The notes: generated by a model not told the origin, from the letters alone. A stretch of 64,000 nucleotides of DNA from Acidobacteriota bacterium (GCA_965205505.1 CBDBHB010000005.1:14118-78117); one strand, 5' to 3'. Positions 31,427 to 45,291 are shown, numbered from the stretch's first letter. Program-made: numbers and translations.

Positions 31427-31513
31427 TAAATAGGCGACTTCCTCGAGAGCCCGAAATACCAGGCTGAAGTCCTGACTTTGGCCCGGCTCACCCGAACCTC
31501 ACGGCCCGCTTCC

Positions 31514-34960
<3,447 letters not shown>

Positions 34961-35091
34961 CTCACCATCCCGCTACGCTAGTGTCCTGTAACAGAGGTGC
35001 CTCGAGGCCCGTCGAGCGCGTCGATCGGATGCCCTACTGTGGGTCACCACACTCCGCGCGCCGCAGAATCACGACACGTTAGGTAAGAGTC

Positions 35092-35487
35092 ATGTCCCAC
35101 CTGCAACTCGTAGCGCTCGTCGTCAAGGAATACCAGCCCGCTATCGACTTCTTCATCAACGTCCTGCAGTTCGATCTGGTCGAGGACGTCCCGTCTTTGA
35201 CGAACGATGGTCGCCCCAAGCGTTGGGTGGTAGTGCGTCCAATGGGTGGTGAGACCGGTATCCTGCTGGCGCGAGCCGATGGCGATGACCAAGCCGAGGT
35301 CATCGGCAATCAGTTCGCTGGGCGCGTCGGTTTCTTCCTGAGAGTTGACGACTTCGACAAGGTCTACGATCGCATGGTGGGCGCTGGCGTAGAGTTCGTG
35401 TCGCCTCCCCGTATCGAACCCTACGGCCGGCTTGCCGTTTTTCGGGACATCGAGGGAAACCGTTGCGATCTCCTCGGCGACGCGTAG
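35092..35487 (+). CDS. VOC/glyoxalase family protein
   Basis: KRWVVVRP, GNQFAGRVGFFL, EPYGRLAVFRD. Confidence 0.88.
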   Translation: MSHLQLVALVVKEYQPAIDFFINVLQFDLVEDVPSLTNDGRPKRWVVVRPMGGETGILLARADGDDQAEVIGNQFAGRVGFFLRVDDFDKVYDRMVGAGVEFVSPPRIEPYGRLAVFRDIEGNRCDLLGDA

Positions 35488-35721
35488 TCGAAGATGAATT
35501 CTCTACATCAATGCTGTCGTTCAGGGCGTTCCGAGAGGTTCCTCGCCTTCGACTCGCTAGGCGACGACCAGGACTACTGGTAACGGGCCGCGGAAGCCGG
35601 CTGTGCCCGAATCGACGAACTGACCGCGGCGCGGCGCGAGATCATCGTCGCGCCCGTCGCGGAGCTGTCGGTTCGATGAGACGATGCCTAGCAGGCCGTG
35701 GGGAAAGGCCACGAGGTGACA

Positions 35722-36162
35722 ATGGCGAGTGTTGACGTCTCTACGGAAGTCGTGATTGATCGCCCTCGCGACCAGGTGGCTAGGTACGCCGCCGATCCGG
35801 ACAACGTAGCGGAGTGGTACGCCAACATCAGATCTGTCGTATGGAAGACGGATCGACCCGCCGTGCTCGGGTCGCAAGTTGCGTTCGTGGCTCACTTCCT
35901 CGGACGCCGTCTCGAATATACGTACGAAATCGTCGAGCGGATCCCTGGAGAAAAGCTCGTGATGCGAACGGCGCTGGGGCCGTTCCCGATGGAGACGACG
36001 TACACGTGGGAAGCCATCACCGAATCGTCAACGCTCATGACGCTGCGAAACCGTGGACGTCCGGCCGGATTCTCGGCGCTGATGGCACCTCTACTGGCCT
36101 TCATGGTGCGACGGGCTACCCGCAAAGACCTGGCACTTTTTGAAACGATTACTCGAAGATGA
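35722..36162 (+). CDS. SRPBCC family protein
   Basis: WYANI, AHFLGRRLEYTYE, GPFPMETTY. Confidence 0.85.
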   Translation: MASVDVSTEVVIDRPRDQVARYAADPDNVAEWYANIRSVVWKTDRPAVLGSQVAFVAHFLGRRLEYTYEIVERIPGEKLVMRTALGPFPMETTYTWEAITESSTLMTLRNRGRPAGFSALMAPLLAFMVRRATRKDLALFETITRR

Positions 36163-36295
36163 GCCCGCTGAGCCGGATCCTTCGTGAGCAGAACAAATAC
36201 ATACAGGAGAACGGCATGAGCGCCTTCGACAGCGCCAGGAGAATCTTCGAGGCGTGTGAAAACCCAGCAAGATGAGTAGCGAGGCTTCCTCGCCA

Positions 36296-36790
36296 ATGCA
36301 CTTCCACCACGGCCTGTATGAGGTCCACCTCGCCGTCACCGACGTGGGTCGCTCCATCGACTTCTACGTGCAGAAGCTGGGGTTCGAATTGGGCTTCGGC
36401 GGGAGAGGCGGACCAGGCACCCTACTCCGTTTCATCGATGGCGACACGCGCTGGATGCTCGGGCTCTTCCAGGTGGATTCCGTAGTGCGACGCCACGCCG
36501 CCGACTGCCATATCTCGTTCCGTATCGCTGAGGAGAACATCGACGGGATGATTCCCTATCTACGGGAGCGTGGAATCGAGGCGATTCATCCTCCCACTGC
36601 GCCTCAACAAGGGCCGATGCACGAGCCCATCGTGCATGGCTGGATGCCGGCGGCGGCTGTTTTCTTCCTAGACCCGGACGGTCACCTGCTCGAGTTGATC
36701 GCTGACCTGACCAATGAGCCGCGACCGGAGGTACTCTACCAACCGCTTAGCCAATGGTGGACCCTCGTCGAGAGCGAACGACCAGCGTGA
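36296..36790 (+). CDS. VOC family protein
   Basis: EVHLAVTD, GWMPAA, FLDPDGHLLE. Confidence 0.85.
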   Translation: MHFHHGLYEVHLAVTDVGRSIDFYVQKLGFELGFGGRGGPGTLLRFIDGDTRWMLGLFQVDSVVRRHAADCHISFRIAEENIDGMIPYLRERGIEAIHPPTAPQQGPMHEPIVHGWMPAAAVFFLDPDGHLLELIADLTNEPRPEVLYQPLSQWWTLVESERPA

Positions 36791-36900
36791 TCCCGTTGCC
36801 CATTCAATCGCTTCTCCTGTTCGTGACGCTCATGTTCGGGCCAGCAGGATTCTTGACGTACTGGCTCATCCGGATTGCACGGAGCCGAGGCAGCGACCTT
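36787..36900 (+). pseudogene. C-terminal fragment of an ABA4/DUF4281-like membrane protein
   Basis: LFVTLMFGPAGFLTYWLIR motif with no N-terminal part. Confidence 0.5.
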
Positions 36901-36925
36901 GGCGCGACGCTGCGAGGCTGTTGCG

Positions 36926-37783
36926 GTGAGCAGACCGAATGCTGTTTGGAGCACCTTGCTAGCCCAACTCGGGAAGGAGCCCCGAGTAGCCTGGGTCGGC
37001 CTGTTCGGGGTCACGCTCGGAGCAGTCTGCGCGCTCTTCGGGCTGGCGCGCGGTTTCGCCGTGCCCCCCGAGGGGAATCTCTGGGAGACCGCCATCTTCA
37101 ACGGATCTGTAGGCGTCTTCCTCTTGACTCAGGCGTTGCTCGCCCCGGAAGCCGGGTTCACAGAGAGAGGCCAACGACGGTGGGGGACAGCGTTGGTAAT
37201 CGCCACGCTGTACGCGTACGGCATCGAGACAGTCCAGGCGTTCCGTGGCCTGGATCCGCGGCTTTCAGCGGTGGCTGGAGTACCCGATCAGATCCTGGGC
37301 GGCGTGTTCTTCCTCGACGCCGTCGGCATCATGGCGCTCTTTCTCGTGCTCGCCTGGAGGTTCTTCAGAGTCGAGATCACTGCCTTCCGTCTTGCCGTTC
37401 GGTACGCCGCTGTCGCTTGTTTGATGTCGTTTGGAATAGGAATCTGGATGAGCATCTTCGAGGGCCGAATGGTCGGCGTCGAAGGCAACTTGCTTCCAAT
37501 CCATGCAGCCGGCTTTCACGGGCTCCAGGCGATCCCGTTGGTAGCACTTCTGCTGGTGTGGGGCGGAGCACCGGACAACATCACGAAGCGCTGGGTCCAC
37601 GTCGCCGGAATCGCCTGGTGGGGTTTCTGTGGCGCCATACTCTGGCAGGCAGCTGTCGGTTGGGGGCCGTCGGAGGGTTCGCCAGCCATGATGGCCACCT
37701 GGGTCTTCTTCAGCGGGTGGGCTTTGGCGGCCCTCGTAGCACTCCGGGCGTGGTCTCAACCAGCAACAGCCTGTAGGGGATAG
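36926..37783 (+). CDS. Multi-pass membrane protein
   Basis: QAFRGLDPR, HAAGFHGLQ; several hydrophobic helices. Confidence 0.75.
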   Translation: MSRPNAVWSTLLAQLGKEPRVAWVGLFGVTLGAVCALFGLARGFAVPPEGNLWETAIFNGSVGVFLLTQALLAPEAGFTERGQRRWGTALVIATLYAYGIETVQAFRGLDPRLSAVAGVPDQILGGVFFLDAVGIMALFLVLAWRFFRVEITAFRLAVRYAAVACLMSFGIGIWMSIFEGRMVGVEGNLLPIHAAGFHGLQAIPLVALLLVWGGAPDNITKRWVHVAGIAWWGFCGAILWQAAVGWGPSEGSPAMMATWVFFSGWALAALVALRAWSQPATACRG

Positions 37784-37970
37784 GAAACTCCACCTCGAGC
37801 AACATCTGGACACTGCGCCCATCGAGGGATGGGGAATGCCCGAGGAATGGCAGGCATCTCTTCGTCAGCTCTGGCATCGCTACTAGCATCATTCCCGTGA
37901 GGTTTCTGGTACCGCCCGAGATCTCCGTGATCAGCCTCCGATCCGGCGGCGCGTAGAGCTTCGCTAGCTA

Positions 37971-38891
37971 ATGAAGACCATTCCACTTCGAGCAGCAGCG
38001 ATCGCGTCTTTGGTCCTCGTCAGCTGGATGGGCCAAGGAGCTCTCGGGGTAGGTGCTCAATACGAGGCGACCGTCGGCGTTGTCGTATCGAAAGATGGGG
38101 CTTATTACCTGGCGCTCGACGCGTCGGAAGCGCCTCCGGGTGCTGAGATCACTTTCGTTCGTACCGCGACGCCTCAGTGGACGAGCGAATTCCGTCTGCT
38201 CGGGCGGGCTGCCAACGCGCCGGGCGATGAGCTTCCCTTGGTGATGATCGGGAATCGCAGCCTGTCGCTATTCGAGCTCGAGCCGCTTTCAGATTTGCCG
38301 GCCGGCCCACTGCTCGGAATTGGCGTGCTCGGGCTCGCCGAGCGTTTCAGCGTAGCGGGCGCCGTCGTGGTCGCAGAGTTGGATGAGGATGGTCGGCCGG
38401 AGTATTTCCACGAATGCACCAGCGGGGAGGGGGTTCACCTTATTCTGAGATCTGGCGACAGGCTAACCGGTCAAAGGCGTTGGCAGGCCTACTACTACCT
38501 TGGTTACAACGTGGAGCCCACGTGCACGGCAAGAGAGCTCTTGGCGGCCCGACCACCTGACATCGGTGCTGGGGTGCGATTCCAAGCCGAGGAGCTCGGC
38601 CCAGGTTGGCACCGTGGTTTCTTCAACCAGACCCGTACGGTTCCCCCCTGCTACATACTAATGACCTTCGAACCGCGCTCGTCGGCAGACGAGCCACTTC
38701 GCGTGAAACAAACCCTCCCAATCACGCGGGTCGAACGCCTCCAGGTGACCGATGCTCCTGGCACATCCATGCAAGAGTGGGACGCCCTCGTCACGCCCGA
38801 AGTACCAGAGAACTCATGGCACGACATCCAGCTGGCTCCACTTCGCCCGGTCAAAGGCCAGTGCCAGTTCGATGAGAAGCTCGGCCGGTAG
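37971..38891 (+). CDS. Secreted hypothetical protein
   Basis: Signal peptide; CTSGEGVHL...YYYLGYNVEPTC. Confidence 0.65.
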   Translation: MKTIPLRAAAIASLVLVSWMGQGALGVGAQYEATVGVVVSKDGAYYLALDASEAPPGAEITFVRTATPQWTSEFRLLGRAANAPGDELPLVMIGNRSLSLFELEPLSDLPAGPLLGIGVLGLAERFSVAGAVVVAELDEDGRPEYFHECTSGEGVHLILRSGDRLTGQRRWQAYYYLGYNVEPTCTARELLAARPPDIGAGVRFQAEELGPGWHRGFFNQTRTVPPCYILMTFEPRSSADEPLRVKQTLPITRVERLQVTDAPGTSMQEWDALVTPEVPENSWHDIQLAPLRPVKGQCQFDEKLGR

Positions 38892-38954
38892 CGCGATCGA
38901 GAGCGCCACCTTCTCCTCGGACGGATTGTCCCTCACGCAACGTACAGAACCGGC

Positions 38955-39410
38955 ATGAAGCGACTCGTCACGATACTCGCAGGCCTTCTTACGCTTGGCG
39001 GTGCATCGGGGAGCGAGCGCTTGCTCCATGAGCTCCAGCCGATCGAGTGGCAGTCCATCGTTTGTGGATGTAGCTTCAACGAGTCGATTGCAGATGCGAC
39101 AGAGGGCTCCTACGGCTCCGGCCCCGAGATCCTTGTCTTGGATCCGAACGGCGATCCACCCAACGCCCGCGTGAACCTCGGCGCGGGTAACGTGCGTTTG
39201 CGACCGAAGACGCCCTTGGAGCCTCCTCTCTATAGTTGCCAGGCTGGAAACATCTGGTCGTCCAGCTGGCAATCCGAGCAGGTCACGCTGCAAGTGGAGC
39301 TCGTGGCTACCAGTCCCGGTGCGGAGGCCTGTTGGTTCAGCGGAACGGTCGCGGCCACTGCAGGCGCCTCCGAGTCACCTGTAGCCATCAGGGGAGGCTG
39401 CGGTTGCTAG
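38955..39410 (+). CDS. Small secreted Cys-containing protein
   Basis: Signal peptide; CGC near both ends. Confidence 0.65.
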   Translation: MKRLVTILAGLLTLGGASGSERLLHELQPIEWQSIVCGCSFNESIADATEGSYGSGPEILVLDPNGDPPNARVNLGAGNVRLRPKTPLEPPLYSCQAGNIWSSSWQSEQVTLQVELVATSPGAEACWFSGTVAATAGASESPVAIRGGCGC

Positions 39411-39528
39411 CGAGCAGGCCGCCTCGCCATTGGTGCGGCTGGGGGATAGCCGTCCCGAGCCGAGCCCACGTCGATGGACCCTGGCGACCACGGTCGGAGC
39501 GACGTTACCGTGGGCCCGATCCGGCGAA

Positions 39529-39990
39529 ATGCATCGAGTGAGACCCTACGCGCTTGTCCTCGGCATCCTCGCTCTCGCATTCCTCGGCCGGGTGCTCGGG
39601 CAGGCTCTCGTGGGGCTTTGGAGCCCGGCGTTCCTTCCCCCCATGGAGGAGTGGTACTCGGGCCTCCTACCCTATCCGATTCTGCTGCCCGCGCAGATCG
39701 TGATTCTCGCGGCTCAGCTAGAGGTATCTCGCCAGCTGTGGGCAGGCTCGGGGCCTCTCGTGCGCCAGCACACGCGACTCGGCTCGAGCTTGAAGTGGTT
39801 TGCCCTGGTCTACTTCGTCGCCATGGTCGCCCGTTATGTGATCGTCATGGCCGTGTTTCCGGAACGCCGCTGGTTCGGAGGCACAATCCCCATCTTTTTC
39901 CACTGGGTGCTAGCCGCCTACGTCTACGTTCTATCCCGCTTTCATCGAGGCCTTCCTCTGGGCCGACGCGTTGGCAGCTCGAGCGCATGA
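39529..39990 (+). CDS. Membrane protein
   Basis: LPPMEEWYSGLLPYP, IPIFFHWVLA. Confidence 0.7.
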   Translation: MHRVRPYALVLGILALAFLGRVLGQALVGLWSPAFLPPMEEWYSGLLPYPILLPAQIVILAAQLEVSRQLWAGSGPLVRQHTRLGSSLKWFALVYFVAMVARYVIVMAVFPERRWFGGTIPIFFHWVLAAYVYVLSRFHRGLPLGRRVGSSSA

Positions 39991-40012
39991 CGGGTGGCCG
40001 ACGCTCTCAGCC

Positions 40013-40549
40013 ATGATGTCTCACGACCGCCGGAGGATCGTGTTCAAGCGACTCGGCGAAGTAGCGCCGGAAGCCATCATCGAATTGATGAACAACCCCA
40101 TTGTACGGCGCCACCTGCCGCTGGCACGGGGTCACTTCGGCCCAGCCGAGTGTGAGAAGTTCGTCGCGGCCAAAGAGCGCATGTGGGACAAGAACGGATA
40201 TGGCCCCTGGGGATTCTTCGTCGATGACGAATTCGCCGGGTGGGGTAGGCTACAGCCGGAAGGTGGCGAGGCAGACGTCGGCCTGGTATTGCACCCGAAC
40301 CACTGGGGAACGGGGCCGGACCTCTACGAGCGGATCATTCGCTACGCCTTCGACGAGCTCCGGCTCGGTTCCGTCACCGCTCTCCTGCCTCCGAGCAGGA
40401 AGCACGTGGCCGGGATACAGCGTCTGGGCTTCCGCCGGGACGGTGAGATCGTTCTCGAAGGCGAGCGTTTCATCCGCTACCGCCTTTCCGCCCACATGGC
40501 CGCAGGGAGAGCCGATCGGGGCCAGCAGGGTGCCGAAGAACTCCGCTAA
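40013..40549 (+). CDS. GNAT N-acetyltransferase (RimJ/RimL-like)
   Basis: GYGPWGF, LVLHPNHWG, RLGF. Confidence 0.85.
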   Translation: MMSHDRRRIVFKRLGEVAPEAIIELMNNPIVRRHLPLARGHFGPAECEKFVAAKERMWDKNGYGPWGFFVDDEFAGWGRLQPEGGEADVGLVLHPNHWGTGPDLYERIIRYAFDELRLGSVTALLPPSRKHVAGIQRLGFRRDGEIVLEGERFIRYRLSAHMAAGRADRGQQGAEELR

Positions 40550-40563
40550 AGCTCTCCCCCGAG

Positions 40564-41112
40564 CTACTTGCTAATCTGCAGGTCCCAGCCGTCGGGATCC
40601 AGCACGTGATAGCTATCGTAGCCGGGGTCGGGCCCACCTTGGTCCCGCCGCGGATTCAGATCGCGCGCCTCTAGCTCTTCCCTCACTGCGTCGGTATCGA
40701 AGTCATCGATCCGCCAGGCGATGTGGTTGATGACGCCGGTTACCGGTTGACGGCCTGGCTCATTCGAAGGCTGGTTCATTGGCCGACGGTTGTTGCGAAC
40801 GATGATCTCGCCCACGCCGCCAATGCGCAGCGTGGCCTGACTCTCGCCGTTGTCGCTCTGCACCTCCCAGCCCATCAGGTCGGCGTAGAAGTCGCGGCTC
40901 CTCCCATAGTCGGCAACGGCGTACGAGATATGGTCCAGGCTGACCGTGTGAAAAGGTGCAGCCTGGGTCGCCGGCATCGCTGCCTGAGCAGGGCTGACAG
41001 AGCGGAGAGCATGCGCCCCGGTCGCAGCGATCGCCAGACTGCGGATAAGTTGACGCCGGCTCATTCTCCCCTGCTCGAATTCCTGTAGTAGCTTGGCAAT
41101 GGTGCTTTCCAT
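40564..41112 (-). CDS. Tat-signal VOC family protein
   Basis: MSRRQLI, LDHISY, INHIAW, DPDGWDLQI. Confidence 0.85.
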   Translation of the reverse strand: MESTIAKLLQEFEQGRMSRRQLIRSLAIAATGAHALRSVSPAQAAMPATQAAPFHTVSLDHISYAVADYGRSRDFYADLMGWEVQSDNGESQATLRIGGVGEIIVRNNRRPMNQPSNEPGRQPVTGVINHIAWRIDDFDTDAVREELEARDLNPRRDQGGPDPGYDSYHVLDPDGWDLQISK

Positions 41113-41197
41113 GTTGAGTCTTCCCTCCCGGCATGTTGGTTCATGGCTGACTGGCCGTGATCTGGCCCAGACAAACTACCGCGGACTCGGTGATCCC

Positions 41198-41548
41198 ATG
41201 CCAATCTCGCTGAAACGAGCCTACGAGGCACCGTCAAGCTCGGATGGGTGCCGCATTCTCGTCGAGCGCCTGTGGCCCCGCGGCCTATCGAAGCAGGACG
41301 CGAAGATCGATCTGTGGACCAAGGACGCTGCTCCCTCCGCCGACCTACGCGGCTGGTTCAACCACGATCCGGACAAGTGGGCAGAGTTCAAGCAGCGCTA
41401 CTTCAAGGAGCTGGAAGCTCGGGAGGCGCCGCTTGACGCCATCCTCGAGCGTTTGCACGCGGGCTCGGTCACGTTCGTCTTCGCCTCGCGGGAATCGCGA
41501 TTCAACAACGCAGTTGCTCTCAAAGAATACGTGGAGCGTAGTCTCTGA
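41198..41548 (+). CDS. DUF488 (YeaO-like) protein
   Basis: KRAYE, RILVERLWPRG, APS..LR.WF.H, NNAVALKE. Confidence 0.9.
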   Translation: MPISLKRAYEAPSSSDGCRILVERLWPRGLSKQDAKIDLWTKDAAPSADLRGWFNHDPDKWAEFKQRYFKELEAREAPLDAILERLHAGSVTFVFASRESRFNNAVALKEYVERSL

Positions 41549-41712
41549 GACTCTCGCACCGGCGGCTGGATCAGGGTATCGGCTGCATGTTGCAAGCCCC
41601 TTGCGGGGGGAGCTGTGAAAGGCGACGATCCAGCCTGCTGCGTCGCGTCAACACCACGCTGATCACGAGCTCCACACCGATCACTCGAACCTGAACAATC
41701 CGGAGAAGCATC

Positions 41713-42969
41713 ATGCGAGCGAAGCTATCCGTCCTGGCAACCGGTCTCTTGTTGGTAGCGGGTGCGAGCGTCGCCAGCCCGGTGCAGGACCAGAGCCCCG
41801 AGGCAGATAGCGACCCGATCCGGATCCTCGTTGGCCGGCTCGACCTGGCACAGTACAAGGCCACCCTCCAAGGTCTGACGAAGTTCGGCGATAGGCGCCA
41901 GGGTACGCAGCGCAACCGCAGCGCGGTCGATTGGATCGAAGCGCAGCTACGCTCGTACGGGTGCACGAACACCGAGCGCATCGCGTACATGTTTCCGCCG
42001 GAGAGCGCACCAGAGCGACGCCGCGGACGCCGACCGCGACGCGACGAGGAAGCCAGCCTCGAGACGTCGACAGGTGGTCTGGTGGGGCGGAACGGGTCCG
42101 GCCCCGGCGGCAGCTCGATCTTCGGTTACCGCGGCAGGACCGGCGTGACTAACGACCCGACAGCACAGCCCGACGAGGCGCTGCGGGAGCTCAACAGCGA
42201 GCCGGCCACCGATGGCGAGCGTCAGGAGGTCTACTGCACGAAGATCGGCGCTTCGCACCCGGAGGAGATGTACATCATCGGGGCGCATATGGACGGGCAC
42301 GGCTGGGGCGAGGCCGCCAACGACGACGGCTCTGGGACCGCCATCGTCATGGAGCTGGCCCGCATCTTCAACGCGCCCGACGTGCAGACCGAGCGCTCGA
42401 TCCGTTTCGCTCTGTGGAACAACGAGGAGACCGGCCTCAACGGTAGCCGTGCCTACGTGGAGCAACGCCAGTCGCTGCAGGGACAGGAGGATCCACCCGC
42501 CTCCGGCCGCTACCCGGAGCCGCGATGGCTGGGGATGATCCAGCACGACATGATGCTGTTTGATCACGGTGCACCACGCGCCGACGGCACGGTGAGTCGC
42601 GATCAGCGCCCCGAGGCCGACGTCAACATCGAGTTCCAGTCGGAATCCGTCATGGTGGCGGGGTCGCGCGAATTGGCCTGGCTGCTCAAGGCGGCCAACG
42701 ACGCGTATGCGACCGACTACCCGGCGAGTGTCGGCCCACACATGACGAACACCGACTCCACCCCGTTCATGGAAGTCGTGCCCGCCGTCAGCCTGCGAGA
42801 GAACGAGCGCGGTGCGCAGATCGGGGCGGGCTGGGACCCGAACTGGCATCAGCCGACCGATCGCTTCTCGACATTCAGCGACAACGACTTCCGCCTCGGC
42901 CTGAACGCCGCGCAGACGACGCTGGCGGGCGTTGCACAGCTCACGGGGGCGAAGATCGTCCAGCCGTAG
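41713..42969 (+). CDS. M28 family metallopeptidase
   Basis: GAHMD, ANDDGSG, NEETG, HDMM, WHQPTD. Confidence 0.88.
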   Translation: MRAKLSVLATGLLLVAGASVASPVQDQSPEADSDPIRILVGRLDLAQYKATLQGLTKFGDRRQGTQRNRSAVDWIEAQLRSYGCTNTERIAYMFPPESAPERRRGRRPRRDEEASLETSTGGLVGRNGSGPGGSSIFGYRGRTGVTNDPTAQPDEALRELNSEPATDGERQEVYCTKIGASHPEEMYIIGAHMDGHGWGEAANDDGSGTAIVMELARIFNAPDVQTERSIRFALWNNEETGLNGSRAYVEQRQSLQGQEDPPASGRYPEPRWLGMIQHDMMLFDHGAPRADGTVSRDQRPEADVNIEFQSESVMVAGSRELAWLLKAANDAYATDYPASVGPHMTNTDSTPFMEVVPAVSLRENERGAQIGAGWDPNWHQPTDRFSTFSDNDFRLGLNAAQTTLAGVAQLTGAKIVQP

Positions 42970-43059
42970 CTCCATGGCTGGGCCAACCGAGCACAGTCAC
43001 TGCTCGCGTGATCGCTCGCCCATCAGGCACGCGTGCCGTCGGGATCCTTGGACAGCGCT

Positions 43060-44818
43060 CTACCGCTTGATCGCCTTGTAAACCAACGAAAGCGTGTCGT
43101 TCACCTTCACGACCAGGTAGTCGTCGACCTCGCGTTGCACGAACGCCAGGCTGATCTCGCCTTCGTCCTTGATGCCCCAGGTGAGCGAGCCCATGAAGAT
43201 CTTCTGCAGCTGGCCGGCCCAGGAGTCCTCGCCGAGACCCTCACCACCGGTGGCGCGGGCCACCCAGCGGGCAATCGGCATCATCAATGCCGCTGCTGCC
43301 GGAGCACCACCGCCGGCCAGAAGCAATGCCAGGGTCTTGTTGGTGGCGACGTTGGGCACGCAGCGGAACTTGTGCGGCGTGTTGATGGTTATGGGATCGT
43401 CGGTGGCCTTGAACTTGTAGACCAGCCGCTGGTCCCGCTTCTCGGTGTCCTCGAGCCACTCGTCGCTGTCGACCTCCTCGATCTCGAGGATCTGCTTGCC
43501 GAGGAACCAGCAGCTCTCCTCGACGAATGTCTCCATCGTGCCACCGGCTTTGAACGCCGCCCGCGTCGATTCCGGTCCCTGCTCCAGCGCATCTTGGTAG
43601 TACTGGGACGTGAAGTTGGGCCAGAAATGCGTCGTCTTCTGCACCACGCGCACGCGACCGTCGTCGAGCGGGTAGGCGCGCAGCAGCATCTTGCCGAAGA
43701 CGTTGAAGCGCTGCTGGGTGCCCTCGGTGCCTTCGTTTACGCGTATCTGACCCAGCTCCCAAGCGTCGGGCAGGCCAATCGAGACACCGAACTCGCTGAC
43801 CTCCGGCGAGTACATATCCGCTCTGGAGATATTCGACCAGCGTGATCTGCTCCATGCTGAGCTCGCCGGAGCCCGGGTGTCCGAAGTGCAGGTGGTTGGG
43901 CGGAAACGACTTGTCGCACTGGTAGGGAGGCGATTCCATCGCGTATCGCGCGTCGCCCCAGACCTCGAGGGAATACTGCGGCCACTGCTCATCGAGCTTG
44001 TAGTCGTAAATCAGGCGCGCCCTGGGTATGGCGCCGATGAACTCCCGGATCATCGCGTTGACGTCGGTGCCGTTGTTCGAAAGCCATTTCAAGAACGGGT
44101 AGGCATCGTAGGCCCGCGCGTCGTCCCACAGCCCGACCTCCGTCGCCTTGCCAAAGTCCTTGTACAGCCCCTCGAAGCACTCGCCGTTTTGCTCCTCTGG
44201 ATAGACGACGTTGGCGAGGTACTCGGCGCCGCCCTCGTCGAGCCACTTGGGCGAATGCGGGTAGTCGAGGTAGCCGTTGTAGATCCTGCTCATCGCGTGC
44301 GCCACTTCGTGCGCCACGGTAGAGCGAATGCACGGCGCCCCCGTGAGCGTCTCCGTCGGCAGATACAACATCTCGGCCGCGAGGTCGAAGACACCGCCGA
44401 CGATCGTTCTCTCGTCCTCGGCATCCTCGGAGAACATCTCCCTGACCATCCCCACCCAAAGCGGTCTCTCCGGTGTGGGGCCAATACCATCGAAAACCGG
44501 CCGTAGCGCTGCTATGGACTCGAGCACATAACCCGGAACGTCCTCCCTGAGAGTCTCGTCCCAGGTCTCCCCTGCGCCGGGCCAGTAGAAGTACACGCTC
44601 GCCTCGCCGGACGAATCGGTGTACCCCTCTGGGCTGGCGTAGTCATTGAAGGCCGTTCGATGGTCGCGTCCGGATCGATCGGGGCGAATGAAATCGTGAT
44701 CGCTCGGCGGCGGTGGGATGTCCTGCGCCAGTGCTGGTGCGGCCAGCAACACGGCGGCCGCCGCCGCCAGCGCCCACGACAACGACTTCAGACGAGCAAC
44801 GTCTCCAGACTGGATCAC
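43060..44818 (-). CDS. Secreted gluzincin-like metallopeptidase, frameshifted at ~43830
   Basis: Signal peptide; AHEVAH ... WLDEGGAEY; C-terminal part continues in a second frame. Confidence 0.65.
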
Positions 44819-45010
44819 AGCACCCCCTTACACAGCAAAGCCCCCCAGAGCCGGTATCCAGTGTGCCAGGTCGGAGGCCGTAAGGGTTGTCCAAAGGGCC
44901 GCCCGGCGACAGATCGTTTCTCCGTGGCCCAGATGCAACGTCGGATCGAGGGGCCAGGTTTGACACTCCTGGCCCCCATCTGTTGATCTATCAGAAATCC
45001 GTTGCCAAGC

Positions 45011-45287
45011 TAGCAGGCCGTGGTGAAAGTGTGGTGGGTCTGGCGACAGGGTGTTGCGAAGTGGAGGCAAGGAGAGAGGAGGAGGCGATGGTTACCCCAT
45101 CGTTGACGAGGAACGACGCAGCATACGCGCGCAACCCCCTGTTGCCCGAAGGGTTACGGCGATTTGGGGCCATTTGCGGCGTTCGCCTTCCTCGACGATG
45201 GCTAGGGCATCGCCTGTGTCAGGCTGCCTTGCATCTGGCCCCAACTCGCCGTAACCAGACCCACCACACTTTCACCACGGCCTGCTA
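45011..45287. mobile_element. MITE, 277 bp, perfect 33-bp terminal inverted repeats
   Basis: TAGCAGGCCGTGGTGAAAGTGTGGTGGGTCTGG ... CCAGACCCACCACACTTTCACCACGGCCTGCTA; second copy at 1-98. Confidence 0.9.
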
Positions 45288-45291
45288 ACAA

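Noticed and set aside
44887-45288. ORFs overlapping the MITE
   Set aside because: No transposase motifs; spurious frames.
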